Positions 10,252-21,777 of a stretch of 64,000 nt of DNA are shown in pieces. A program made the translations under genes and the position numbers. Position 1 is the stretch's first letter; each line of letters starts with the position of its first letter. The stretch is from Tortispora ganteri (Eukaryota): NCBI GenBank assembly GCA_003707115.1, contig PPNB01000001.1, positions 682,001 through 746,000 of the forward strand, read 5' to 3'. The notes under the pieces are model-generated. The model was not told the origin of the DNA, did no database searches, and saw only the letters and a program-made list of their open reading frames with translations.

Positions 10252-10773
10252 ATAGAGAAGTTATGAACGCACAACAGAGCCGTATAGGAGTCTGAACTAG
10301 TCATATAATGTTTCAAAATTGCCTAATTAGTATTAAGCAGTAAAAATAGACATTGTCATGCTCTTTGCTATTCTTGCAAACAGACTAAACGGCTTCAAAC
10401 CGCGAAAATAGTCGGTACTAATCACTGTATACATCGAATAGGTTAGTTTACAGGGTTAGGGTAAAAGTTAGCAGGGCGCGTACAATACAGAGAAGGCAGT
10501 GCGATCATTAAGATACGGGATGGTTTATTATATTATGGTTGATGCTGTATAAGAGCAGGGAATTTGATAAAATAAATAAACTAATAGAATTGCAAAATAA
10601 TGCGGTGTTGGCTGGGAATGTAGGAAAAGAAGAATGATCGAACATGCTCCTAGGGATAACAGCTGACAAACAATCGGTTTAGTCTTGTCCTGTGCTTTAG
10701 ACCCATTAAATGTATTTTAAGGCGGCAATTCACTAGCACAGTGCACATATGAAGTAGCTGAAACCGATACTAA

Positions 10774-12258
10774 TTAGTAATAGTAACGATGGGAAGGGTT
10801 AAGATCGCCAGCGATGGCTTTGCGAGTATCGCTGAGCTTGGAGAAAGCCAAATCGGCGTCACCCCTTTCTCTTCGAACATTGTCACGGTAACACACATAG
10901 AGATAAACAGTACTACAGATCATGGACAAGACAGTAAATGCAAGGCCAATAGAGTATCCCAAGTAGTAGTAAGGAGAATCTTTGGACAGGAAAGTGAATG
11001 TGGAAATGAAGCCACCGGTGTTACCAAAACCAATCTGGATAGCTGTCGCAATGGATCTTCTGTGGTGCCCTGCAAAGTTCGTTGAAGTCCAACAGACCAA
11101 AATAGGCATACTGGAATAGAGGCCGGAAGCCACCAAAAAGAGGGCACCGTATTGCACGTGCCTTTTGTCGTGAATGCATAGCAACATGATAAATCCAACA
11201 ATAGCGCAGATTTGAAGCGCAATGGCACAGAGATAACGATGTTTGGCTTTGTCTGAGATAAATGCCATGACCATAGCTGCCGCAAATGCGGCAGCCCATG
11301 GGGGTACACTGAACAGCTGGGTTCTGATAGGAGAGTAGCCGTAAGTGCGAACAATGGTAGGTGAGAAGTATGCATATCCGTAAGCAGGAACGATCATACC
11401 AAAGTACATGAACGCAGCAAGCCATACACGATAGTCGGTCGCTACCCATAAGACGTCTTTAACGGACATATGTACCTCACGGTTTGACTTACCGGCATCG
11501 AGGGCAAGCTTAGCACGGATAAACTGAGCTTCGTTCGGAGAAAGCCATTTGACGTCTTCAGGGAAGTCTGGTATAGCAAAGTACATGAAAACGCCGACAA
11601 GGCAAGTAACAATTCCCTCAATGTAGAAGATCCAGCGCCAACCAGCTTGACCAGCTATGCCGTCCATTTTGCCAAGAGCCGAGGCGAGAAGGCCACCAAA
11701 GGCACCGGCGAGTGTGGTGCTAGAGAAGAAGAAAGAGTAGCGCTTCTGGGCCTCGTCGCGACGATACCACATAGAAAGCAGGTAGAAACATCCGGGGAAC
11801 GCAGAAGCTTCGGCGCAACCAAGGAAAAACCGCGTTACAAGGATGCTGCCGTAGTTCTGGACAAGACCTTGTAAAGTTGTAATGAGACCAAAAGCAAACA
11901 TGCAGAGACCAAGCCACTTACTAGGTCGCCAGAGCTTGATCATATAGTTGGACGGGACTTCAGCGATACAATACGAGACAAAGAAAACAGCGAGCACGAT
12001 GTTAGGGCGAAGACCGGTTAGGTTGAGGTCCTCGTCCATACCGAGCACGATGGCATTCGAGACGTTTACTCGATCCAAGAAAGCAAGAAGATACAGTATT
12101 GATAAGAGAGGCACGACACGAATATCTATTTTAAACATGAGTTTTCTGTGCTGAACCCCAAACTTGCTGACAAGACCTTCAACTGTTTGGATATCATCAT
12201 TAGGCATAGTGTCGTCTAAGGAGGCATGTTCCTCGAGGCTTCCTTTGTCTGAGACCAT
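10774..12258 (-). CDS. MFS transporter, anion:cation symporter family (Tna1/Dal5-like)
   Basis: LAFLDRVNVSNA, EVPSN, RFFLGCAE, WYRRDEAQKRYSFF, GWRWIFYIEG, LPD/IPDFP motif. Confidence 0.92.
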   Translation of the reverse strand: MVSDKGSLEEHASLDDTMPNDDIQTVEGLVSKFGVQHRKLMFKIDIRVVPLLSILYLLAFLDRVNVSNAIVLGMDEDLNLTGLRPNIVLAVFFVSYCIAEVPSNYMIKLWRPSKWLGLCMFAFGLITTLQGLVQNYGSILVTRFFLGCAEASAFPGCFYLLSMWYRRDEAQKRYSFFFSSTTLAGAFGGLLASALGKMDGIAGQAGWRWIFYIEGIVTCLVGVFMYFAIPDFPEDVKWLSPNEAQFIRAKLALDAGKSNREVHMSVKDVLWVATDYRVWLAAFMYFGMIVPAYGYAYFSPTIVRTYGYSPIRTQLFSVPPWAAAFAAAMVMAFISDKAKHRYLCAIALQICAIVGFIMLLCIHDKRHVQYGALFLVASGLYSSMPILVCWTSTNFAGHHRRSIATAIQIGFGNTGGFISTFTFLSKDSPYYYLGYSIGLAFTVLSMICSTVYLYVCYRDNVRRERGDADLAFSKLSDTRKAIAGDLNPSHRYYY

Positions 12259-13760
12259 TTTGTTCGATAAACAACGGAAGATGAGTGAATCTAAAAGAGG
12301 GAGGCAAGTAATTTAAGGGCCCTTTTATTTCGAATGTGGGGAATAGTTGGTGGAGTTTCTTTTATAATTTTATAGTTCTGGTTTTTGGTTTTTATTAAGG
12401 TCACAATTTTATTATTCTAGGACTGTTTTTTTTTAAACTTTATAGAAGGATAAAACCCCACAAAGGTTAAAATTTACCATATGTAAAATGCTAAATTAGG
12501 TCCGATGTACGCGTTTGTCTGCGAGTTATGTGATGAAAGCACACTGTGTATCCTACGTGATATTTTGCTAATTTACATCAGGTCACATTCCATGACAGGC
12601 CTGCAGTATTTGCTGCAACTACTGCAATTATACTGTCGGGCATAGCTTTGCACCAATCAAGACTATTTCATTAACCGAAAGAGCTCCTATCGTTCCGAAA
12701 CCTAGATCATTTCACAGATCTCACAGGCTTTTGACTATTTGCACATCGATTTCTATAACCCTATCGCTTTAGTCAGATTTCATTATTAAAACTTAGGAAT
12801 ACTTTCGAAGGCAAGTATTTCACGGCAAGCTCCACCGAGAAATTTGCGATTTGGGCGTAGTCCTCTGCGCAACTAAACGCAATATTCATGTACAATATAA
12901 TAAACTAGCCCGACATCTAAGCAAGAAGTATTTGCTATCACATTTTCCAGAGACGTGATATACGCGACCGAGATTTTCTGTCCATTGGAATGCGATTTTC
13001 GCTTCATCCGTCTCCTGTACTTCATAAACTGTATTGACATTAAGGTTTATTAACTCACCATTAAATGAACGCCAAGCATAAATTTCTCCTATAGGCTAGC
13101 TAGCCCCCACTACACTTCAATCACTGTTTAGCGATATTCTAGCATTGACAAAGAACGGTGGACAGTTTATAAGAATTTTACCAATCAGTTATGTTATGTT
13201 TCACATAAACTCTAGGTCCACTGAGTATCAACGGTAAACGTTTACTAATTGCAGGTTGCGTTCGCAAACGCCTAAAAAAGAGGACATTTACCCCTCATTT
13301 TACAAACTACCTTTGCTCATCAACCCCACTAAAAGGACAAGACGTTAGTGAAGTAGATCATTAACCTCCTAAAACCGAAACAACCCCACTATGCATAGTT
13401 TAGGAAATATCTCCGCTTGTGAGGGTTACTACCGGATCGAGCGTCTACTACACCGACAGATTGATCGAGCAAGGTGGTTAGCATGCAGATCGATTTGCCA
13501 GGCGTATTCAAAATAATGCTGTATCTATATACCCTATACGGAGCAGCCAAAAGAAACGCACTTTAAACTCAGATAGGAGCGAAAGACTATATAATGCTTT
13601 GTTAAATCAACATATATTGATATTTCAGTCATTCTTTCATCATCATAGTTCGCGTGCACTAGTTTCGAAATGCTTTTTATATGATGTATTTATAGTCAGT
13701 AACAGAATTAGCGCTTTGTATCAGATTAAGATACTGCTGAAGTTATTGGAACTGAGGTAA

Positions 13761-14843
13761 TTACACATCGAAACTTTCATTTTCCTCAGGAGTGAAATCT
13801 AGATCGGAATCGTCCAGTTGGTGGAAATCCAGTATCTCAGCATAGATCATTGCTTTCCACGTCTCTATAGGAAGTTCAGCTTCATTAAAGGACCAATCAA
13901 ATTTCTCCTCCGCTACAGGTTCATCAGAAGGCACATGATAATTCGCCAAAAGCGGATGCGCTAGCGCATCCGCAGCAGAAATACGCGCTTTTGGATTGAA
14001 CACAAGCATTTTCTCTAAAAGATCGACCGAGTCGTCGTCGATATCTGTAAACCGTGTCTTAAGTGGGACCGGTTGTCGTTCTGGAATGCTCTGAATATAT
14101 CTTAGAGTGTTCTTCGAGCATATGGTGTAGATAACGTCAGGCGGAGGCGTACCTAACAGCTCGGTAATAATATTAAACTGATTAATGTGGTCTTTTCCGG
14201 GAAACAAAGGCTTACCTTGTATCATTTCGGCAAATATGCAACCGGTGGACCATATGTCGACCTCGACATCGTACGTCTGCCAGGTAAGCATGATTTCGGG
14301 TGCGCGATAGTACCGAGTGGAGACGTATCCGGTCATCTGAGCATCCTGAATTCTAGCTAGACCAAAATCGCATATCTTGAGATCACAGTTTTCATTGATT
14401 AGAATATTTGAGGGTTTCAGATCCCTGTGGACGACGCCGGCGGAATGAACGTACTTCAATCCTCTAAGGATCTGATAGAGAAAGTAGAGAATGAACTCAC
14501 GTTCGAGCGGGCGGGATGTGAGGAGTCGATGCAGGTCAGTGCCTAACAGTTCTGTGACAAAGTATATGTCTTCCAAGGGAGATATGAATATATCGTACAA
14601 TGATATGACATTTTCGTGGTGCAAATGTTTGAGTAGTTTAAGTTCGCGATAGGTGCGTTTCGCCAGGACGGCAGTTGAGAGTGGTTTAAGAATTTTCTTT
14701 ATAGCGACATTTTGTTCCGAGAGCGTATCTCTTCCTGAGCAGACAAGGCCGAAAGCTCCCATTCCGACCGGGTTGAGATTGGCGTACCGAGATGTGACTT
14801 CAAAGGAAGTGCCGAAAATCTGAGTAGTTATAAACTGTACCAT
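13761..14843 (-). CDS. HOG1: Stress-activated MAP kinase Hog1/Sty1
   Basis: [42 protein letters not shown] (TGY activation loop). Confidence 0.98.
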   Translation of the reverse strand: MVQFITTQIFGTSFEVTSRYANLNPVGMGAFGLVCSGRDTLSEQNVAIKKILKPLSTAVLAKRTYRELKLLKHLHHENVISLYDIFISPLEDIYFVTELLGTDLHRLLTSRPLEREFILYFLYQILRGLKYVHSAGVVHRDLKPSNILINENCDLKICDFGLARIQDAQMTGYVSTRYYRAPEIMLTWQTYDVEVDIWSTGCIFAEMIQGKPLFPGKDHINQFNIITELLGTPPPDVIYTICSKNTLRYIQSIPERQPVPLKTRFTDIDDDSVDLLEKMLVFNPKARISAADALAHPLLANYHVPSDEPVAEEKFDWSFNEAELPIETWKAMIYAEILDFHQLDDSDLDFTPEENESFDV

Positions 14844-15529
14844 GGTCGCGCTTGTCCTATTATCATCGAAAAGTGTTAATAAATATTGTGCAGTGGTGCG
14901 TTTGGTTTAATAGATTAGATGCAGAGATTGGAGATTAAGAATATGAGATATAAAGGACGGGAAAATGCCCGTAAAGCTGTAAACCAAAAGGGGGTTGGTG
15001 GATAAAGAGGAGAAAAGACTTTTGAGCAAGGGATGGCTATGTGTGATATACTACATGCAATAATTTCCCACGGAAGGGCGATAAAAAGTCCCAAAAAATG
15101 AACTTAGCCAATCACAGTCCTTAAAGCTTTTAATTTTATAGAGAATAACCTCCCAAATGTACAAGTCTAACGGCCAAATTGTTAAGCAGGTCAGTAACCG
15201 TATTCCGGACTAGCATTTGGGTGGTGCTGAACGTTTAATGGAAATTATTGATTGTGCGCTACAAGTCAATTCATTCCCTATTTCTTAATTATTAGCGCTG
15301 AATAGAGCTACACTGGAACTGTTTAAAGATATATGTAAGTAAGTCGCTTGCGTAATTGCTGGGAACTTCGCAGGGCGCTTAGCGGTTTCCCCCGGTTACG
15401 AACACACTCTATTTTTTCCCACCTTGCATCTATCGTTTCTTCTTTACCTTGTGATTCTTATCCACCTAATCTTTTCTGACTAATAACGCGCAGCGCAAGT
15501 AGGTGCCCTTTTAATTATTCGGGAGAAAT

Positions 15530-16024
15530 ATGTTAAGAGCGCGTTTAGTGGCGCGTAATATTCGGTATTGCTGCCAGTATCGCTCGCCCGTTGTGGCAAC
15601 TGCAAGGTCCTTTCACGCGACCAAAATATCGCTCGTGGAAATATCCAAGGCCGCACAGGAATATAAGTTCGAAGAGCTCAAAAAAGCGATCGACAAACAC
15701 GAAAAAGATATCGTAGTCGTAGATGTTCGCGAACCAAATGAGCTCATTGAGTCTGGAAAAATTCCCGGCGCTATCAACATTCCGTACAAATCTTCGCCAG
15801 GTGCGTTAGGGCTGGATCCGGAAGAATTCAAAGAAACATTTGGATTCGATAAGCCACAAACTTCTTCTAAGCTTATATTTTACTGTCTCGCAGGCGTCCG
15901 ATCAACGGCCGCCGAACAACTCGCCGCCACCTATGGATACACGGACCGCGGCAACTACAAAGGCTCTTTCAAAGACTGGATAGAGCACCAAGGTCCGGTC
16001 GAACCTGTCACTCCTAAGGAATGA
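15530..16024 (+). CDS. Mitochondrial single-domain rhodanese/thiosulfate sulfurtransferase (Rdl2-like)
   Basis: Arg-rich presequence, VDVREPNE, IPGAINIP, FYCLAGVRS. Confidence 0.9.
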   Translation: MLRARLVARNIRYCCQYRSPVVATARSFHATKISLVEISKAAQEYKFEELKKAIDKHEKDIVVVDVREPNELIESGKIPGAINIPYKSSPGALGLDPEEFKETFGFDKPQTSSKLIFYCLAGVRSTAAEQLAATYGYTDRGNYKGSFKDWIEHQGPVEPVTPKE

Positions 16025-16134
16025 CATGCGTATATACGAACAATTGTATGAAACGTATACTGCATGCGAAGATGTAAATCAAGCTTTTTCTTCTAAACGT
16101 AAAGTCCCCTATGTAGTTGCCTCGACAGCCATAG

Positions 16135-16767
16135 TTATGGCAGATGTTTGCGCAGTTTGCTTGCGTCTTTCTTGCGCTTTTTAGCAATCGCAGAGTCAAT
16201 CTGCGAAGGCTTTAGTTTCCGGTATTTTGCCTCAAGCACCAGCTCGCGTTTCTTCGCAGAGCTCAGGTAATAAGGCCTCTTGCCTTGTTTGACGAGCTCC
16301 CGCTCTTTGCTCTCGGCCTCCCTGATAACGCTCTTCTCGAGTTCCTTATGTTCTCTGGTTTTCTCCTGGCTCTCGAGCCGCCGTATTGCTTTTTTAAGCT
16401 CTTCGACCTCGTTTAGGTTCTTCCTCTTCTGTGCTTTCTTAAGATCATCCTTGAGCGTCTTGAGCTCCTCCTTCCGATATCCCACCAGAAACTTGTAGTC
16501 CGCTTCATTTTTAGTTTTCTCAACTGTCGGATCAAACCGCGGATCTCTCCGTTCAATCGCACTGCCCTCAACTACTTTCCTGCTCCTGCTGACAGGAATC
16601 TTTGCCGACACCTCTAATGGCGACCCTTTAGACTTCGTCTTTGGCCGCGAGTCTGTGCTGATTTCCTTCTGCACGATATCGGCACGTTTTGCCACAGTTT
16701 CCGTCTGTGACTCACGGCTTAGTGCCTTCTGCGCTTTTAATAAAGCTCCAAACGTCACGCCTTCCAT
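16135..16767 (-). CDS. RRP36: rRNA biogenesis protein Rrp36
   Basis: TFGALLKAQ, PLEVSAKIPVSR, RRDPRFD, YKFL, VKQGKRPYYL; likely start is the ATG at 16767. Confidence 0.9.
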   Translation of the reverse strand: MEGVTFGALLKAQKALSRESQTETVAKRADIVQKEISTDSRPKTKSKGSPLEVSAKIPVSRSRKVVEGSAIERRDPRFDPTVEKTKNEADYKFLVGYRKEELKTLKDDLKKAQKRKNLNEVEELKKAIRRLESQEKTREHKELEKSVIREAESKERELVKQGKRPYYLSSAKKRELVLEAKYRKLKPSQIDSAIAKKRKKDASKLRKHLP

Positions 16768-16896
16768 CGGCCTGCGGATTTCGTTACGAGATTCGTCGTC
16801 TAAGCGAAAAGTAGAAGAAAAATGCTTACCCGGCTCAGCTCTCCCACCCATATTAAAAAATATCACCACATCATACTGCTCTGCAACTACATCGCC

Positions 16897-19800
16897 ATGG
16901 ACATCCACAAAGTGTCTATTCTTGGCACAGAGTCCATATGGATTGGCTACGACTCTCTGAATGCATACATGAAAGAGATAGCCACAAATTTGACCTCGTC
17001 CACATACGTTATAATCACTGATACCCATCTCGCACCCCTCCACCTCCCAAGGCTCCAGAAGGCGTGGGCACGAACAGGCTCCAGCGCCAGACTGCTCACC
17101 TACACTATTCCGCCAGGAGAAACCTCGAAATCAAGAGCAACAAAGGCCGCAATTGAGGACTGGCTGCTTGAAAATGGCTGTACTAGAGATACCGTAATCC
17201 TCGCAGTAGGTGGAGGCGTCATTGGTGACATGATTGGTTATGTTGCCGCTACATTCATGAGAGGCGTCCGTTTTGTGCAGATCCCGACCTCACTGCTGGC
17301 TATGGTTGACAGTTCTATAGGCGGCAAAACAGCTATAGATACGCCTCATGGCAAGAATCTCGTGGGTGCATTTTGGCAACCCAAGTACATCTTCATTGAT
17401 CTAAAGTTTTTAGAAACCTTGCCAGTGAGGGAGTTCATCAACGGCATGGCTGAAGTCATAAAAACAGCGGCTATATGGGATGCAGAGGAGTTTTCTCGTC
17501 TTGAAAATGACGCTCCTTTATTTATGAACACCATCCTATCCCGCCGTAACCCAGAAAATCCTTCTAATGTTGATCTGTCTCCCGTCCGCGACATGCTTGC
17601 GAGAATCGTTAAGGGATCTGCTGCCATAAAGGCCCAAGTTGTTACCCTCGACGAGAGAGAAGGCGGTCTAAGGAATATTCTGAACTTCGGTCATTCTATC
17701 GGACACGCTTACGAAGCTCTCCTTACTCCTTTTATTCTTCACGGGGAATGTGTAGCAATCGGAATGGTGAAAGAAGCGGAGCTGTCACGATTCCTAGGAA
17801 CTCTTTCATCTGAAGCTGTGGCTAGGATCACCAAAATCTTGCTTGCCTACCACCTGCCCATATCTGTGGACGATGAAGTTGTGAGGTCTCGTGCTGGAGA
17901 CAGAATTATTCCTACTAAAAAGCTAATCCAGATAATGGCTGTCGATAAGAAGAACGACGGCGCAAAGAAGAAAGTGGTTCTTCTTAAAGCTATTGGTGAA
18001 ACCTATGAAAAAAAGGCAACCATTGTTTCAGACAGCGATATTGCAATAATTCTCTCACCTCACGTGAAGATTTCCCCATCTTTAGATAAAGTTCCTTCAT
18101 CTACAACTGTTATTCCTCCAGGATCAAAATCTATATCTAACCGGGCTCTTGTACTAGCTGCGATGAGTTCAGGTAGATGTAAAATTCGAAATCTGCTTCA
18201 CTCTGATGACACTGAGCATATGATCACTGCTCTTGCTAAACTCAACGCCGCCGAATTCTCCTGGGAAGATGATGGAAAAACGCTTGTTGTCAAAGGAAAT
18301 GGTGGGAAAATGAATTTACCTAGCTCTCAGCTTTACCTTGGAAACGCTGGAACTGCTTCTCGCTTTCTTACGTCTATTGCCTGTATTGTACCCTCTTCAT
18401 CAGGAGTAATCGTCTTAACTGGAAACGAAAGAATGCAAGAAAGACCTATTGGACCTCTGGTTGATGCACTACGTTCCAATGGCTGTCAAATAGAGTATGT
18501 AAATAAGGATGGCTCACTGCCCCTCAACATTGCAGCTGGCTCACCTCCACGTGGTGGTCATATTACTCTGGCGGCCACAACCTCATCTCAGTACGTTAGC
18601 TCTATATTAATGGCTGCACCTTTTGCTCAAGAGCCAGTGACTCTTTCGCTTGTCGGTGGAAATCCCGTTTCGTTGTCCTATGTCGATATGACAATTGAAA
18701 TGATGAAAGCGTTTGGTGTTTCTGTGCAGAAAGATCCAGAGCACGCCTATACTTACCTTATCCCGAAAGCTGTCTACAAAGCACCGGAATTATACGTCAT
18801 CGAATCTGATGCAAGCTCTGCTACTTACCCGCTAGCCATGGCTGCTATTACCGGAACAACTTGTGAAGTGCCTAGTATTGGATATTCCTCGTTGCAAGGG
18901 GACGCTAAGTTTGCCGTTGATGTTCTTAAACCTATGGGCTGCACTGTTATCCAAACGGAGAACTCCACAAAAGTGACAGGGCCTCCAGTTGGTACTTTGA
19001 AGCCACTACCAAGTATTGATATGGAACCTATGACTGATGCGTTTCTAACCGCTTGCGTATTGGCTGCCGTTGCGCCTGGAGTTACCAGTATTTACGGCAT
19101 TGCCAATCAGCACGTTAAAGAGTGTGATAGAATAGAAGCCATGTGCGTTGAGTTAGCTAAATTGGGCGTCAATTGTGTTAACAAGCCCGATGGAATTGTT
19201 ATTCATGGAATCAATGTTGCGGACCTTGATGAAACCATGGAGTTCATAGAAACTTACGACGATCACCGAGTTGCTATGAGCTTTAGTGTATTAGCAGCTG
19301 TTTATCCTTTTTCATTGTTAATAAAGAACAAGAAATGTGTTGACAAGACTTGGCCTGCATGGTGGGATTGTTACCATAGATATTTCAAAGTCGAGCTTAC
19401 TGGATTTGACAATCATGAAATAGTTGCTTCTCCAGGCTCTTGTCCTCCTCCTGTGTCATCAATCTTTGTTATTGGTATGCGCGGAGCAGGCAAGTCTACC
19501 CTTAGCCGATGGTTATCTGCTGCTTCTGAGCTTCCCCTTGTTGATATGGATGAAGAATTAGAGCGCATTCATAAACGATCAATTAAGGATATAGTCGCTG
19601 TTAATGGCTGGAATGAGTTCCGACGAATGGAAGCTGCCCTTCTAAGGGATCTGTACAGCTCAAGATATGAAAAACCAATGATCGTGTCTTGTGGCGGAGG
19701 AATAGTTGAATCTGAAGAGTCGCGCAAACTGCTTCAAAAAGTAATTTCTGACTATGGCATTGTTATACATGTCCACAGAAATATTCGTACCGTACATGAA

Positions 19801-21612
19801 TACTTGATGGAAGATAAGACTCGCCCTGCCTATGGAGAATCTATTCTTGACGTTTGGGAAAGAAGAAAAGAGTGGTTCCAGGAGTGCTCTTCACATTTCA
19901 TTTATGCTCCTCATTTTACTGCTGAGGATAATTCTTTAAATGTCAAGAAGAACCTTGCTGCCGTTGCACAACGCATGATTGGCGACACTAAGTTCTTAGA
20001 TGATTTACTAAAACGGGAGCGAACATTCTTCTTATCATTGACGTTTGCTGATCTGAACGATGCAGCTACAATTATTGATAAGGCTGTCACTGGTTCTAGC
20101 GCTGTTGAACTTCGAGTTGATTTACTTAGATCTCCGCAACAGGCTGACGATATTCCTACTACTGATTACGTGACAGAGCAGGTCGCGTTGTTACGAAAAT
20201 TCACCTGTTTGCCTATCATTTACACCATCAGAACCGAATCACAAGGAGGAAAGTTCCCCGACAATGCGTATGATGAAGCTGAAGAACTGATTATGCTAGG
20301 AATTCGCATGTGTGTTGAATTCGTGGATTTAGAAATTACGTTTCCTGACAAGATGAAAGAACGGATTGTTACTGCTGTCAACTCTCGTTCTATCTCTAAA
20401 ATTATTGCCTCTTTTCATGATTGGGAAGGCAAATATCAATGGAACGATGTTTACTGGAGCAATATGTATGATGCCTGTGTGCAGTGCGGCTCGGTCGTCA
20501 AACTTGTTTCTTCAGCTAAGCAATTTGAAGATAATTTCATTCTACAAGAATTTAGGAAGGCGCATAATACAAAACCTTTGATTGCGATTAATATGGGAAG
20601 ACTTGGACAAGCTTCCCGTATCATGAATGGAGTGTTGACGCCGGTGACACATTCGCTCTTGCCTAATAAGGCAGCCCCTGGTCAATTGTCTGTTCGACAA
20701 GTACATAAAGGTCTATCTCTACTTGGACATCCAGATGTGAGGCCGCTAAAATTTTTGATTGTTGGTAAGCCTATTGCACATTCAAGATCGCCTGCGCTTC
20801 ACAATGGGTTTTTCAAAGAGATTGGATTGCCTTATGTGTACGAAAGAATGGAAACTGACGACATTATAGAAGTGCAACGGAAAATAATAGAGCTTGGAGA
20901 TTCTTTTGGTGGCGCATCAGTGACAATTCCACTCAAATTGGATGTTATGCGAGTAATTCAAAAGGGTAATTTGAGCGCACATGCCCAGGCTATAGGTGCA
21001 ATTAACACTGTTACACGCGATCATGTCACCGGGGAGGTATATGGTGACAACACTGATTGGCTAGGCATCAAGACAAGTATCGAGTATGCGGCTGGATTTG
21101 ATAACACTTTCCACGGAGAGTCGGGACTCGTTATCGGTGCAGGTGGAACTTCTCGAGCGGCAGTTTACGCTCTTCATAAGCTCGGGATTTCTACCATCTA
21201 CGTTATTAACAGAACAATGTCGAATATTGAATCCCTGCAGGAACACTTTAAGGAGTTGAATATAGTGCCAATCCTGAAGATCGAAGATACTCGAGTGGCT
21301 TCTTTTATTCCTCCGGTAGTGGCAGTTTCGTGCATTTCTGGAGAGATTCCGTTAGGGGAAACTTCGCTGAAAACGACTTTGTCGGAAGTACTGAAACCTC
21401 GAAGCTTACTCAGACCTCGAAAGATTCGCAGAGTGCTACTTGAGATGGCGTACAAGCCTCGTGTTACCCAGATTATGCAACTAGCAGAGTTTCACGGCTG
21501 GAATGCTATCCCTGGACTGAATCCACTTGTAGCTCAAGGAATTGAACAGTTTAAAATATGGACTGGGCTAGAAGCGCCATGGAGTCTCGGTAAGCAATTT
21601 GTTCTTGGTTAG
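16897..21612 (+). CDS. ARO1: Pentafunctional AROM protein (DHQ synthase, EPSP synthase, shikimate kinase, DHQase I, shikimate dehydrogenase)
   Basis: GGGVIGD and MVDSSIGGKT; PGSKSISNR, LGNAGTASRF and DDHRVAMSF; GMRGAGKS; ELRVDLL; HSRSP, GDNTDW and GAGGTSRA. Confidence 0.98.
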   Translation: MDIHKVSILGTESIWIGYDSLNAYMKEIATNLTSSTYVIITDTHLAPLHLPRLQKAWARTGSSARLLTYTIPPGETSKSRATKAAIEDWLLENGCTRDTVILAVGGGVIGDMIGYVAATFMRGVRFVQIPTSLLAMVDSSIGGKTAIDTPHGKNLVGAFWQPKYIFIDLKFLETLPVREFINGMAEVIKTAAIWDAEEFSRLENDAPLFMNTILSRRNPENPSNVDLSPVRDMLARIVKGSAAIKAQVVTLDEREGGLRNILNFGHSIGHAYEALLTPFILHGECVAIGMVKEAELSRFLGTLSSEAVARITKILLAYHLPISVDDEVVRSRAGDRIIPTKKLIQIMAVDKKNDGAKKKVVLLKAIGETYEKKATIVSDSDIAIILSPHVKISPSLDKVPSSTTVIPPGSKSISNRALVLAAMSSGRCKIRNLLHSDDTEHMITALAKLNAAEFSWEDDGKTLVVKGNGGKMNLPSSQLYLGNAGTASRFLTSIACIVPSSSGVIVLTGNERMQERPIGPLVDALRSNGCQIEYVNKDGSLPLNIAAGSPPRGGHITLAATTSSQYVSSILMAAPFAQEPVTLSLVGGNPVSLSYVDMTIEMMKAFGVSVQKDPEHAYTYLIPKAVYKAPELYVIESDASSATYPLAMAAITGTTCEVPSIGYSSLQGDAKFAVDVLKPMGCTVIQTENSTKVTGPPVGTLKPLPSIDMEPMTDAFLTACVLAAVAPGVTSIYGIANQHVKECDRIEAMCVELAKLGVNCVNKPDGIVIHGINVADLDETMEFIETYDDHRVAMSFSVLAAVYPFSLLIKNKKCVDKTWPAWWDCYHRYFKVELTGFDNHEIVASPGSCPPPVSSIFVIGMRGAGKSTLSRWLSAASELPLVDMDEELERIHKRSIKDIVAVNGWNEFRRMEAALLRDLYSSRYEKPMIVSCGGGIVESEESRKLLQKVISDYGIVIHVHRNIRTVHEYLMEDKTRPAYGESILDVWERRKEWFQECSSHFIYAPHFTAEDNSLNVKKNLAAVAQRMIGDTKFLDDLLKRERTFFLSLTFADLNDAATIIDKAVTGSSAVELRVDLLRSPQQADDIPTTDYVTEQVALLRKFTCLPIIYTIRTESQGGKFPDNAYDEAEELIMLGIRMCVEFVDLEITFPDKMKERIVTAVNSRSISKIIASFHDWEGKYQWNDVYWSNMYDACVQCGSVVKLVSSAKQFEDNFILQEFRKAHNTKPLIAINMGRLGQASRIMNGVLTPVTHSLLPNKAAPGQLSVRQVHKGLSLLGHPDVRPLKFLIVGKPIAHSRSPALHNGFFKEIGLPYVYERMETDDIIEVQRKIIELGDSFGGASVTIPLKLDVMRVIQKGNLSAHAQAIGAINTVTRDHVTGEVYGDNTDWLGIKTSIEYAAGFDNTFHGESGLVIGAGGTSRAAVYALHKLGISTIYVINRTMSNIESLQEHFKELNIVPILKIEDTRVASFIPPVVAVSCISGEIPLGETSLKTTLSEVLKPRSLLRPRKIRRVLLEMAYKPRVTQIMQLAEFHGWNAIPGLNPLVAQGIEQFKIWTGLEAPWSLGKQFVLG

Positions 21613-21777
21613 ACTGTTTATATAAAAGTAAACATGCTTATTAATAGTGATTGCTATGATATACTACATGAAGATGTAATTCGATTACAGAGAAAATAAG
21701 CTTTTTGGCTTGGGAAAATGCGTAATATTATATATTAAGTGTGTAGGGGTGTTTGTTAGTCCTCTAGATTGCTGTCA

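Noticed and set aside
10441..10470. GGTTAG/GGGTTAGGG telomere-like sequence
   Set aside because: Only one or two units; better explained as an isolated Tbf1-like site or chance
16768..17043. Apparent coding overlap of RRP36 and ARO1 in the ORF track
   Set aside because: Homology begins at ATG 16767 and ATG 16897; the extensions look non-coding
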